The notes: generated by a model not told the origin, from the sequence alone. A DNA stretch of 47,992 bases from Octopus sinensis (GCF_006345805.1 NW_021834887.1:1-47992); one strand, 5' to 3'; counted from the first letter of the stretch, positions 13,548 through 27,142 are shown. Translations and numbers: made by a program.

Positions 13548-13883
13548 TATATATATATATATATGCATCAAATGAAATAAAAAACAGAACACAAAGGATG
13601 TCGCGGTACACGTGTTTCAATCTTTATAAAATAACCTATTCTTACATCAATGTGTAATCGACATAACAGATAGTTTAAAGCTCTCTTCAGCCGCATGCAA
13701 TTGCTATACCAAACAATTACATCACATGAAATTATGAAAAATCCGAAAATATACATTTGGTATTATCTATAATGGTGGGTATATTGAGTTTCACTGAGAA
13801 AGTATGTTTGCAAATCTTCATAATCAAATATGTGTGTAGGGTACTTCAAAAATCCGTCCATACTCTATCATCAGTCATTGATA

Positions 13884-16320
13884 TTCCGCCAATCTCCAGC
13901 TATCTCCTGCAATCTCCGGCAATCTCCGGCAATCTCCGGCAATTTCCGGCAATCTCCCGTAATTTTCCACAAAAATGTTTTTTAATTTACCGCAAAAATT
14001 TTTGAAAATTTTCTCTAAAAATTTTTGTAAATTTTCCTCAAAAATTTTTGAAAATTTTCCCTAAAAATGAAACAAATTTTCCTCAAAAATTTTTGAAAAT
14101 TTTCCCCCAAAATTTTTCAAAATTTTTCCCAAAAATTGTTAAAAATTTCCTCAAAAATTTTTGATACCTTTCCCAAAAAATTTTCGCAAGAATTTTTGAG
14201 AATTTTCCTCAAAGATTTTTCAAAATTTTCGCAAAAATTTTTGAAAATTTTCTCTAAAAATTTTTGTAAATTTTCCTCAAAAATTTTTGAAAATTTTCCC
14301 TAAAAATGAAACAAATTTTCCTCAAAAATTTTTGAAAATTTTCCCCCAAAATTTTTTTTAATTTTTCCGAAAAATTTTTCAAAATTTTCCCCAAAAATTT
14401 TTGAAAATTTTTCCCCAAAAAATTTTCGCAAGAATTTTTGAGAATTTTCCTCAAAGATTTTTCAAAATTTTCGCAAAAATTTTTGAAAATTTGCCCCCAA
14501 AATTTTTCTAAATTTTTCCCAATATTTTTTTTAATTTTTCCGAAAAATTTTTCAAAATTTTCCCCAACAATTTTACAAAATTTGCCGCAAAAGTTTTACA
14601 AAATTTTTCAGAATTTTCCCCCAAAAATTTTTGAAAATTCTTTCCTTCATTATTGGGAAGTCTCCAAAAATGCTATACCGCCAATCTCCGGTTATCTCCG
14701 GCTATCTCCGGCAATCTCCGGCTATCTCTGGCAAGCTCAGTATATCTCCGGTAATCTTCGGCAATTACCGCAAAAATTTTTGAAAATTTTCCCTAAAAAC
14801 TTTTCTAAAATTTTCCTCAAAAATTTTTTAAAATTTTCCCTAAAACTGAAACAAATATTCCTCGAAAAATTTTTGAAAATTTTCCCCTGAAATTTTTCAA
14901 AATTTTTTCCAAAAATTGTTAAAAATTTCCTCAAAAATTTTTGATACCTTTCCCAAAAAATTTTCCGCAAGAATTTTTGAGAATTTTCCTCAAAGATTTT
15001 TCAAAATTTTCGCAAAAATTTTTGAAAATTTGCCCCCAAAATTTTTCAAAATTTTTCCCAAAAAATTTTTGAAAATTTTTCCCAAAAATTGTTAAAAATT
15101 TCCTCAAAATTTTCGCAAAAATTTTTCAAAATTTTCCCCAAAAGTTTTTCAAAATTTTCGCAAAAATTTTTCAAAATTTTCCCCAAAAATTTTTGAAAAT
15201 TCTTTCCTTCATTATTGGGAAGTCTCCAAAAATGCTATACCGCCAATCTCCGGTTATCTCCGGCTATCTCCGGCAATCTCCGGCTATCTCTGGCAAGCTC
15301 AGTATATCTCCGGTAATCTTCGGCAATTACCGCAAAAATTTTTTGAAAATTTTCCCTAAAAACTTTTCTAAAATTTTCCTCAAAAATTTTTTAAAATTTT
15401 CCCTAAAACTGAAACAAATATTCCTCGAAAAATTTTTGAAAATTTTCCCCTGAAATTTTTCAAAATTTTTTCCAAAAATTGTTAAAAATTTCCTCAAAAT
15501 TTTCGCAAAAATTTTTCAAAATTTTTCCCCAAAATTTTTTTTAATTTTTCAAAATTTCCCCAAAAATTTTACAAAATTTTTCAGAATTTTCCCACAAAAT
15601 TTTTTTTAATTCCTCCCTTCATTATTGGGAAGTCTCCAAAAATGCTATTCCGCCAATCTTTGGTTATCTCCGGCTATCTCCGGCAATCTCCGGCTATCTC
15701 TGGCAAGCTCAGTATATCTCCGGTAATCTTCGGCAACTACCGCTAAAAATTTTTGAAAATTTTCCCCGAAACGTTTTGAAAATTTTTCCCAAAAACTTTT
15801 CAACATTTTCCCCCAAAAATTTTTCCAAAGAATTTTTCAAAGTTTTCCCCGAAAATTTTTGAAAATATTCCCCAAAAATTTTTTGAAAATTTTCCCCATA
15901 ATTTGTTCAAAATTTTCCGAAATATTTTTGAAATGTTTCCCCAAAAATTTTTGAAAACTTTTCCCTGCATTATTGGGAAATCTCCCAAAATGCTATTCCA
16001 CCAATCTCCGGCAACTTCCGTTGATTTCCGGCAATCTACGGCAATTTCCGGTAAATTCCGGCATATCCGGCAATTTCCGGGAATCTCCGGTAATCTGTTT
16101 TTGAAAAATTTTTTGAAAATTTTTATCCAAAATTTTAGACAATTTACCTCAAAATTATTTGAAAATTTTCCCCAAAATTTTTGGTGAAAGTTTACAAAAT
16201 TTTTGTAAATTTTCACCAAAAATCTTTGAAAATTTTTCCCCAAAGTTTTTGAAAATTTTCCCCCAAAAATTTTTGAAAAATTTTTGCAAAAATTTTTTGA
16301 AAATTTTCTAATATTTTTGC
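13884..16320. repeat. Composite satellite: A4-5T4-5 tract array interleaved with (GCAATCTCCG)n blocks
   Basis: Units such as gaaaattttc and aaaaattttt recur every 10-11 bp. Decamer blocks occur near 13890, 14680, 15240, 15650 and 16000. Higher-order duplications include 14640 vs 15201 and 13992 vs 14231. Confidence 0.9.
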
Positions 16321-16729
16321 TCGTTAAGTTTCACCTGCATCTATTGGATTACATACTTAGTAAACAATAAAATTTAGTAAATCCATTAGCACATTGGTAT
16401 TCAATATCTATGAATTTATTCATCAATACCCACTAAGGACATGTGTCAAGTAATTCAGCTAAAAGCACAAAATAGTGATATGCAAATGTGAAGTGTATAC
16501 CTAATGTTACATACATATAGTTGTTCAATTGTTAGCTATATCACCTGTTTGTGACCTACTATGACAAACAAAGTTTTGCAATCTACTTTTGTGAATATAC
16601 TTAATTTTAAAAAAAAAGAATTACACATACATACTTCTGGTTGTATATCTAAATGCACGAGCGCCAAAAAAGTATAAATAGAAATGAAATAAACGAACAA
16701 AAGCAATGCTCATTAAAAGAATAAACTTA

Positions 16730-17970
16730 ATTTGTTATTCAGTTGTTGCATCTTTTATTGTTACTATTTTTTAATTACAATCAATAAAACATATTTTAAA
16801 TTATCTTTTTAAAATATTATTATTTTTATCGATGATGTTTCTTTTCTTTGTATGTGAACTGTCAACTTTCCTCGAAATCCCTGTACACTGGAAATCAAAG
16901 AAGTCAGTCATAAACTTCCCTCGCATATTCCTCATTCCTCAATCCATTAAGTCCAAGTCTACATAGATTCTTCTTTGTATTTCGCCTTCATGGAGTCGAA
17001 GAGGTACTAGCAATGGAATACTGTCAATTCAAACAATTCTTCATTAAAGAGAAAGGCATTGAGCTTATGGAGAGTTCATTATCAAAGACCTAATCGATAA
17101 AGATGTAGTGAAATGGCTACAACCTAGAATCGAAGCCAACTCGCTGTGTTCCTATCCTCTTTAGTTGCATAGCTTACTGTTTTTACACAGGGCAATGTGT
17201 GACGTATTTCTTTCTATCATCCTGTTCATTATCGTAAGTTCTGTAAACTTCCAGAAACGCTGCAGGCACTTTTCTAAGATGGACTATTTTGTGTAACTTC
17301 AAATCAATTGTTGTTGAGCAGACATATGATCAAAGACACTTCAACTATGACCCTCTTTTTCTACGATTATCTAGGACTACATTATTTCATGTAGTCTCAC
17401 TTATATAAAACGATGGAGTGTGGTTCGAAGAAGATTTGGTTGACATCTGTAGTTGATAAAACCACTACTTAGATGCTTCCTCTTTGTAATATACTAACAT
17501 CATTCCAGCAATAATACACAACGTAAGAGAAACAGTGAAAGTCTGCTTCCGTTGTTGTTAACCTTACTTTTAAACTTTTCTTAGATTACCAAAGCAGTAG
17601 TCTTATACTGTTTCCTTCCCTTAGTTCACGTGATTTACATCATCATCATCATCATCATCTTAATCAACATATTAATCATTGTCGTCGTCGTCGTTGTCGT
17701 CGCTACCATAATCATCGTTACCGCTGTATTTTAATGATTTAGAACCTGCATAGGATTTATTGCAACCTGCTTCGATTCTTCAACTTGCCATCGATCCTAA
17801 ATTTTTATCTATCTTTATCCAAATTCACTAATCTACAAATTATAGTCTACTAATCTAACATACTAAGGAGCTATTCTATTCAGTTAATCAGCTGCACCAA
17901 GTCCGATGTATTGACTAAAACTCGAAGTTCTAACATGGATGAGTTTTGTAATGTTTCTAAATCTAAGTGA
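16730..17970 (-). other. Putative non-coding terminal (3' UTR) exon of the PTH-like neuropeptide gene
   Basis: Acceptor tttttatatttacatatttacag at 17971-17993 pairs with donor ATG|GTGAGG at 18105, giving a 135-bp intron. AATAAA candidates on the minus strand lie at 17756-17761 and 16754-16759. The 3' end is uncertain. Confidence 0.35.
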
Positions 17971-18117
17971 CTGTAAATATGTAAATATAAAAACTGGACA
18001 GCTTTCATTTTAAAACAGTGAAATAAATAAAGAAATTTCAGAGAGCGAGAGTGAGAGAAAGAGAGAGACAGACAGACAGAGAAAGAAAGAAATCAAATGC
18101 CTCACCATTTCTTTAGA

Positions 18118-18223
18118 TTACTCAGTCTTTGCAGGTCTCTCTGCTGCAAATCGGATCAGTCTTTGAGCCAGAGTTGAACGTCTGATGTCGTCACTTGATA
18201 TGTCACTACGTTTTTTCTTGCCG
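18118..18223 (-). CDS. PTH-like neuropeptide precursor, last coding exon: (x)GKKKRSDISSDDIRRSTLAQRLIRFAAERPAKTE*
   Basis: Acceptor gtttctttacacttagttttacttacgattttag|C, phase 2. Open to TAA at 18120-18118, with a donor 12 nt after the stop. Begins with a Gly plus polybasic amidation/cleavage signal. Confidence 0.85.
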
Positions 18224-20899
18224 CTAAAATCGTAAGTAAAACTAAGTGTAAAGAAACCAGTGTAGGGAAAAAATGTCTGGTTACTAAAATTTTATCAAAT
18301 TAAGTGGAAAGATCTCGCCAGTAATTAATTTTAACTTTTCAAATCAAAAGCTGTTGGAAAGATGTGTGTTTGTGAGTTTGTGTGTGAGTGTGTGTGTGTG
18401 TGTACTTACCTCAAAAATATAACAGTGCAGCATCTCTTTTCTTAAATATAATTAATTGTTTAAGCTAAGATTACAAATTTATTACCAATTTATAACTACG
18501 GAACTAAGATTATGTTTATAGCTTACAAACGAAATCGAAACAGTATCATGAATTATGGACATTAATAAGTGATTATTATCTATAAAAAAAAACACTCGAT
18601 ATTGTTCAATTTTATAATCGTTATAGTTCACTGGATCGCCAACGAATGTTGTACTTTCCTGTTATTTGTGAAAGGTCTTTGCCTTAAGTTATAGAAGCCA
18701 ACCTGTAAAAGGGATATTAAGTTGCCCCTTTCCCCAGGAGACTCGAGATAACATCTTGGACAAATGGTAGCAATCTATCTAGGCTACTCATCTAGGTTTA
18801 TGCTGAATTCTAAAGCCAGGCAAAACTGTTGGACAAGTGTTATATATTCCCTTCAACTGTGGATTGAGGATGGTGGCTACTCTCAATATTGGTATTTTAA
18901 TATCAAGACACTAGGTACGACATTAGACCAATTCTCCCTCAATTCTCCTGATGCAATAGAATATCATTGTACTGTGTAAAAATGGAGCACTAATAGATTT
19001 ACTTGTCCTTCGCATCATTCATAGTAAGTCTGCTTACATCAACATATCAAAGCAGTAGCAGCGATCGACGGATGCTCTATTTCCGTTTTTCAAAGGCTTT
19101 TATTAGGCCGATTTGATAACTGTTTAGTTTTAAACGAAATGTAAAAGTATTACATGAAATAGAACCTACATTGCCAGCGCAACTTGCCAATTTTCGACTA
19201 TCTGTAGAATTTGCTATAATTTAAGTTCATTTTCATTTTTGGATGAGGTATTAACTTATGATCATAATTTCTGACTTGAATTCCTGAATCAGACAACATA
19301 TTACGAGTACCTGTTGCGTGCTAGTGCAATCCTCTCTTTTACTCCAGCTGTCACATCCCGGTTATTCCACCAGGTTAAGAATGAGAGGATTCCTCAAAGG
19401 ACTTCCCTGACTGCTCATGACAACCTAGGCACCGAAATCGACGAGCATACGCATGAATTACGTTACCAAGTCTTACTCGCACGTGAATGACGACTGGTTA
19501 CGTGAATGACAACTGCTGCAGCTATTGAACTTAATGTCAACCCTGATCGAATAGATCTTATCCGATGATAAGACGTGCTCCAGCATATGAAATTTTCTAG
19601 ATACAATATGTCTAGGACAGTATTATCTAATATGTTAGAACGCTTTCATTTAAGGGGGATTTGGCTACTATTTCTGATTTTATTTCCTTATTGTAAGGTT
19701 TTTTGAGACAGTGCTTCGCAATTTATTTTCAGAGATCGTTCAAAAATTACAGCTCATGGTGGAGATTTAAGTAGCATATATTATATTTTGTATTTTATAT
19801 ATAACTTGTTGAAATCGCAATATGTCAGGTCAGATGTGCATGAAAAAAATTACATTATTGAAACAATATATTTCTTGTTTCGTGCCATATTGAAAATCAT
19901 GATCAACATTTCATGAAAATTGCTGGCAAGTATTCATTGTTGTTCAATGAGTTACCACAGAGAATAGCGAGAAATTCTATTAAATTGAAGAGATTTCGGC
20001 TACCTTTCAATATTGAGTTAAACTAAATCTACACGAGTATAGCTGAGGGAACTATAACACTCTTATGGGTGATTGAGCTAACATTGACTGTCTCACTAAG
20101 AAAGCAATTGATAGAAAATGATCGGCTGTAATACCAATTATAGAAACAGGGTCCTGCTAACTCGCAAAATATAAAATACGACTATAAAATAATATGATAT
20201 ATAATATGATATATTAGTATATAATCTATATATGTTATATTAACATTATATGCATATATATATATATATGTGTGTGTGTGTCTGTGTGTGTGTATGTATA
20301 TATAATTATATTAATATCTCATATCTAATTTACTATAAAAATTACAATAGAATATAAAATAATTTCTTATATGTGTCTGAGCTTGTTATGCTTATGTTTA
20401 ACGATTTAGAAACTAGTGTTCAAGACTGTTAAATATAAACACGACAGGTACACACACATACACTTATATCTTCGCAATCATTCATAACTTGAGATTATAT
20501 ATTGTATAGCAATAAAAAATAAAATCTATTTTCCTTTAAGCAATTTTCTGTACTTCGAATATTTATTTATAATTCGATTAATTGTTGTACTTCGATCAAT
20601 GTGTTTTTTCTTCTCTCGAGTAACTGTTTTCGATCACGTGTATTTCAATCGTTTCCGGGAAAATTGACAAGCCGTTTATCTCAATGCTGATTTCATACAT
20701 CTTCTCTACTATCCGGATATTAGTTACTCTGTCTTGCAATGTATATTTAGTTAAGATAGAAAACTTTAAAGGGTTTCCCAACAAACCAATCGGATTAAGT
20801 GACATAATTTACTCAGCCACAACTACCACCAATACCACCACCTACACTACCACCACCACCACCACCGACGGCACCTCCACCACAGCTACTACTACTACA

Positions 20900-20942
<43 letters not shown>

Positions 20943-21766
20943 TCCTGTGGCGATTGTACCGATACTGCCAAGAGCTTTTGTATAGAAAGAGATAAGGATA
21001 TAGAAAATAATTCAATATTAATCACGAGATCGACCAAGTGCACAAAGTCATCATGTACGTGTATGTGTGTTTTATGCGCACATGTCTCTGTATGTGTTAT
21101 ATATAAGTGCGAACTTCAATTCAAAGACTGTTGTATGTATGTATTTTTGTAATTATGTATGTATGTATGTATGCATGTATGTATGTATTATATATGTATG
21201 TATGAATGCATGTATGTATGTATGAGCGCTTAACAAACCGTAAAACGGTCAGGCATGACACTTCTCTTTTGTTTCTCTGCGCATCACAGGTAGAGAAAAA
21301 TGTGTCTACATGCTAAATATTTCTCTTAAAGTCAGGTCCTCTAATATTTATATTTATTTCAGTGTTTCTGACTCATACTGTTTTATGCATATAATATCTG
21401 TTAAAGACGACTCGTCAAAAGCACAATTATATAAACTAAGCAATCCACCACAGTTATAGCCTAATTATACCTGCTTTATATAGCAGCTGATATTAGTGAT
21501 TGAAAACGAGTATATATCTTAGCGGAGAGGTCAACAATCCGTGAAATGATCATAAGAAAACTCCACTTAGATTTTCTGTTCATCGAAAGCATGGGACCCG
21601 GTTACATGAAAGGAAGAGCTTGAAATATAAAGAACTAGTTAGAAATGGCAGGGATAGAGGCCTTCTAACTGATGTGGGTTGCCATGGGTTAGCAGCTAGG
21701 TCTATTATGTCCTGCTTAGCTCATTTGCTTTTAGCTAGCTCTTGAGATAGAGTGGTAACTAATTTG

Positions 21767-21810
<44 letters not shown>

Positions 21811-21937
21811 TACAGCACATATGTGTTATTTATCTATCTATCTATCTATCTATATATATATATATATATATATGTTTACCGAATTTGTGTAATGTGTATA
21901 GAATAAATATATCAGTTATATAAACAATTGCATCGTG

Positions 21938-22121
21938 AGATGTTTGTAAGCCATTTAAGAACTCACAAAAACCGTTAGTTTCACTTCAACATTTAAATAC
22001 ACAAAATGTTGTCAATGAACAGGTCGCGGTTTGGAAGCGATGAAAATATTTTGACACAATTTAATTTAAATGTTGAAGTGAAACTGACGTTTTTTTTGGC
22101 CTAAATGGCTGACAGGCATCT
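21938..22121. mobile_element. MITE with about 55-60 bp imperfect TIRs
   Basis: agatgtttgtaagccattta...gtttcacttcaacatttaaat paired with atttaaatgttgaagtgaaac...taaatggctgacaggcatct. Confidence 0.75.
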
Positions 22122-22759
22122 TCCTCATTGCAATTGTTTTTGCTTCAGCACACGATCTTAGATCAATGTTACTTGCAATGCAGGTACATCTCCGTAGTGT
22201 GTGTGTGTGTCCTCTGACGTATTTTGTAATATGCATTCGTGCTTCTGTGAGTGTATGTTTGCATGGGAATTGTTAGATTTCAGAACACGTTTGCGAATGG
22301 TTGTGTATTCTAGTGTGTATGATATATATATATATAATATATTATATATATATATCTATATATATAATATATATATATATATAATATATATAATACATAC
22401 ATACATAATACATACTATATATATATATATCTATATATATATATATATATATATATACATACTACATACATACATACATACATACATACATACAATATAT
22501 ATTCATGCACATATATTATTAAGAGAATATCTTCTATAAAGCATTCGATTGTGAAAGACATTATCCATATAGAAAAAATTAAATATACTATAATATATAT
22601 ATTTTTAATCATAATTAAAGAAACATTAAACTGACTCCGCGCATTTGGGGACTATATCTTTAAATCGATAATGATAAAATCGATCTATTAAAATAAATTC
22701 GATTTAAAATGAATTCGATTTAAAAATTATGCCACTTTCAGTGGCTATATTAACAATAA

Positions 22760-23869
22760 TCTTTAGCCTTGAGAGTTCATGACCACCTTAGCCTTGTGAC
22801 ATGGGGTTGTCCTGCATGAATATGGGTGATCGCTTAGTTTTGAATTTCTCAGCACAGGCAAGACATGATCTTTTACAAGTGTTTTAAACTCCTGCATTTA
22901 CCTTCCATGTAATCGCACCAAAGGGCCCCACACCATCTCCAGATATCATCCCCCAAACCATGACACTTCCTCCACCGAATTTACACTAGTCTTAAGGCAT
23001 TTAGGCGACAATTTTTCACCTACTTTTTGACAAACGTACCTTTTCCCATCTGACCCAAATAACAAATTTAGATTCATCCCGGAAATGCACCCGTTTGCCA
23101 TTTTTCTTGAGACCACAACATATGTTCGGTTGCAAAGGTAAGACGACATTTTTTATTCTTGGAGCTGATTAGTGGCTTCACTGCAGGTGCTCTTGCTTGT
23201 AGGTCATGTTCAACTAAACGACAACACACAGTTTTTTCGAAATAAAGTTTTCTTCAGTACAATGCACATTTCCAGAGAAACAGCAGCAGCAGTTTTAAAT
23301 CTGTCCTTTTTAACCAACTTTACCATAGCACGATCTTCTCTGTTGGTCGTTTTTCATGGCCTACCTGTAGACTTTCTTGCTTCACACGAACCACAATCAT
23401 CGTAGACCTTAAGAATACCGTGAACAACACTTTTTCACTTGTTAACAATTTTGCAATAGACCCAATACTTAAATTATCCTTCTTTCGAAGCTTATAATCT
23501 GCTGACGAATTATAACGGAGTAAGTGGCATTATATTAACAAAGTACACTGCAGATACTCTTACTAATGTTTAGTAAATAAAACCGTCGAGTAAACAATTC
23601 AAAGCATTAGAGTTCACCGGTTAAATATAGTAAAACATGAAGTAAAAGCAAACGTTCTGATCATCTTGGCCGCCGTGGGTTTGGCAGTAAATCACTAAAT
23701 CATCCATACTTTTGTATTATCCTCTCAAATTACAACAAAATCTCAGACAATAACAATTAATATCGTATTTATTGTCTGTGAAAATTATAGAAAATAACCA
23801 GTTCTATTAAAATTATATCTACCTTTTCTGACAAAAACAATGCCGTTCTGAACATTTTGGCCGCAACTG
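22760..23869 (-). mobile_element. Tc1-like transposon, 3'-truncated, transposase pseudogene
   Basis: TA plus CAGTTGCGGCCAAAATG TIR at 23871-23853. Reading STGRP*KTTNREDRAMVKLVKKDRF...KPLISSKNKKCRLTFATEH...NLFGSDGKRYV...GGSVMVWGMISGDGVG...IFMQDN. Confidence 0.85.
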
Positions 23870-24104
23870 TATATACACGTTGAGGCTGTAAGTACGTACG
23901 CATGTTTGTACATATGCATGTGCGTTTTGTAAGTATGAATTTATGCATGTATATATATATGTCTTTACATATGTATGCATCTAAGTATGTCTGTATGAAT
24001 TACGTATGCACGCGTGTATTAATTATACATATATATGTATGTACGTATATATGTATGTATGTATCTATCTATGTATCTTCATGTATGTACACATATGTTG
24101 AAGC

Positions 24105-24871
24105 ACTGTGACGTTAGAGTTGGGTGCGTTAATTGTAAACATCTGCAAGGTGAAATATTGGAAGAGTGGCGAATGTAGCACATAAGGCACTCTTTAGAAC
24201 GTGTGAATATAGCGTAATTAGAGATAAGCTAAATCCGTTTTGACAAGATGTACATAGCATCACGGTAATATATAGAATACATAGCCATGCTATGCTGATA
24301 GGGTGTACGTTTACAGGGTGCTCTAAAAGTAACAAAAAAAGGATAAATCCATGTGTCACATGTGAAGAAACATGCCTTTGTCTTGGTGAACACGATGTAA
24401 TCAAACTTTGACGCAGTGAAACAATAAAAGATATTGAAAAAAAGGGGAAGAGCATGTAAAGAAACAGTACGGCTTGTCGTAGAATGAATAAGATTATTTA
24501 GAACAGAAATGAAATATCAAATTTTCAAAATGCATAGAGTAAAGAATTAAAGAGAATTACATACCATGAAAGGAACATTTGGACATGACGTAATATAAAT
24601 TGACATGATAAAAAAATAAAATATGAGACTTGACGAATGAAAAACATCACTAGACGACGTGGAATAAATAAGATACTTAAAGAAAAGTCACACGTGACGC
24701 ACTGAATACAATCCGGAAAATAACAGAAAAACAAAAATATATGGAACTAATTAACAGTCAGTTCATACTCCGAACAAAACAAGTTTACATCACACAAAGA
24801 AGATCCACGTTGTGGCATAGTGAACAGTTAGGTGTAACGCAGTGAAGCTGCATCATATATACAAATGTATG

Positions 24872-24902
<31 letters not shown>

Positions 24903-25790
24903 ACATGATGTTATGATACAATTTTTTGACGTAACAGAAAAGGACTGTGAAATACTTGGAAACGGCACACGGCGAAACGAAATTGTGACAGCGAGACAGT
25001 ACTTAGAATAAACATATTAACATAACGTCGTAGAAATATATCTACATAGACAACATGAAGTAGGATACAGTATTCTATAGTGTAGAGAAAAATGAAAGGT
25101 ATGATATGACGAAGGATGAATAAGACAGTGTAACTTAGTAACATAAGTGAAATTGTGCAAAAGATCAATGTAATAGAGTGAGGATAAGACGCAACATAGA
25201 TCAGTGTACATTGTAACGTAGAATACAGACGGGGACATCAAACGTGACGTGAGAGAAAAGAATTGATCCAATATCAATGCAACGGAAAATAGGTGATCAT
25301 CATAGCGTGACGAAGGTGCAATGATGAACATGACGGAACGTGGAAGAAACATAATGTACAGCACGGCGGGACGTAATAGAAATAATTTGATGTGCAATAG
25401 AACAGTGATCGGCAGTGAGACGAAGAAAGAACAAATGAACGTAACGCAGAGAATTACCTTCGGCATAATGTAGCAAACAGCGTTTGATGAAAAATATACG
25501 TAATAACAATACAGTATGACGTAAAATATACGAGATGAGGTGACGTAGAATCAGGAACAGCACGTTAATACGTATGAAAAATGATAGAACATAACGTACA
25601 AAAGAACAATCTTGGTGTGACGTAATGATCCACGGTGTTTGACGAAGAATAAAACTGTACCAAACGTATAGTAAAAAACAACACACCCTAACGAATTAAA
25701 CAGTCACACCGTGACGTATAACACACAGCACGGCACAGTGTGACAACAGACGAACACTGTGTGATTTCTTGACGGACAGTACGACTATGA
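24105..25790. repeat. Highly decayed pentanucleotide (ACGTA/ACATA/ACGAA-like) array
   Basis: Recurrent acgta, acgtg, acata, acgga, acgaa and acaga words in register, with strong A bias. It produces hydrophobic junk ORFs on the minus strand. Confidence 0.55.
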
Positions 25791-25828
25791 GTGTAGCGCT
25801 GATGACAGAGAACATTTCGAATACCTAC

Positions 25829-25927
25829 ATTTCAGCAAAGTCAAATTGGCCATGACCAGCCACTTTGCTCATGGCCTTAAGAGCTCTTAATTCGGCTATC
25901 CTCTGGTCGAAGGATGTCCGTTTACCG
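25829..25927 (-). CDS. PTH-like precursor peptide exon 3: (x)GKR-TSFDQRIAELRALKAMSKVAGHGQFDFAE(I)
   Basis: Acceptor aaatttctgattttacttcag|C and donor AAT|GTAGGT; 99 bp, phase 2-2. The DQRxAEL...GxG..D...IG pattern matches what I recall of the iPTH/PXXXamide family. Confidence 0.9.
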
Positions 25928-26006
25928 CTGAAGTAAAATCAGAAATTTCATTTAAGAAAGACTCCAAAGAAATACACACTGACGAACCTCGTAGAAACAG
26001 ACTCAC

Positions 26007-26061
<55 letters not shown>

Positions 26062-26302
26062 AACGCACACGCACACACATACACGCAATCACAGATACAC
26101 ACGCATGTGTATGTACATACATATATACAATATATTTAATATTAAATCTATATAACAATACATATGTAATTTGTATTATTACATATTATATATGTATACA
26201 CACACACACATATGCACACATTTACATCCATACACGCTCACACACAGGAACACGCATATAAATATATACATACACACACAAACACACACACATATATATA
26301 TA

Positions 26303-27142
26303 CAGTGTGCAGTGAATAAATTGTCGTCTAAATTACGAAAAAATGAAAGTAACACTGACATCTCATTTTAATAGATATATTGACCAAAATTACATAGACT
26401 TTCTTGACATACTAAAGAATAGATTATTTAACAAAATCGCCATTAGCTTCAACCATGGCCCCCAGACAACTTCGGAATCTCCTGCAACTCTCCTGGACGA
26501 TCACCTTTTTTAAGTTGGTGAATGCTGCCATGATCCTTCCCTTTAGTTCATCTTTGGTGTTACAAGGAGTTTTGTTGGCCTCTCGGTCAAATGCACCCCA
26601 CACGTAATAATTAAGACGGTTGTAGTCTCGGAAGTTATGTGGCCAGATATTTGGGGTGATGGGGTCGCAGAAATTGTCCTGCCTATATGGTATGGTGTAG
26701 TATCGTGTTGCCAGACATATGGTCTCCTAGATGTCACCCGCTTCACCCAGGGCAGCACTAGCTCCTCCAGGCACTTAATGTAGGCCTTTCGTGTTGAGTC
26801 TGAGGCCCCGTGGGATGATGAATGGAGGCGTAAGCTCGCCGTCACTAGCGATCACTCCAAACACCATGATGTTGACTAGATGTTTGATTTTTATCGCTCT
26901 CAGTACATGTCCTCAGATTGACACACAAACACTCTGAAATGTTCCTATTGGAGCTTCTGGCACGAATGTCAAACAGTACAGCATGTCGTTTCCAAATTTC
27001 AGGGAGAGTGAATTGCGTCATAGTGCTGTTTTTCCCACAGACGGTGCCCAACTGATCCTACTATACTGTGTAGTCGATAAAATTAAAAACGAACTATGCG
27101 AATGCTCGAACTTAAAACTATATAGTGGCGACAATTTACTCA

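Noticed and set aside
14254-16243. KNF/KIF-rich ORFs of 66-150 aa
   Set aside because: They are artefacts of the A/T-tract satellite, which is open on both strands.
18410-18440. Possible mini-exon (x)KRCCTVIFL(S) with donor GAG|GTAAGT that would splice in frame to GKKKR
   Set aside because: Weak acceptor (tatatttaag), no similarity to the other peptide exons, and the intron to exon 4 adjoins a (TG)n repeat. Chance is the more likely explanation; RNA-seq would settle it.
19038-19085. GNRASVDRCYCFDML(I) with donor GAT|GTAAGC, faintly echoing exon 3
   Set aside because: No AG acceptor at the expected position (AA instead), no polypyrimidine tract, and the similarity is too short.
20684-20995. 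Thr-rich mucin-like ORF
   Set aside because: It is a (CTA)n/(CCA)n microsatellite with no splice or start context.
25017-25686. 149-aa and 128-aa hydrophobic ORFs
   Set aside because: They fall in the decayed pentamer array, overlap in different frames and have no recognisable motif.
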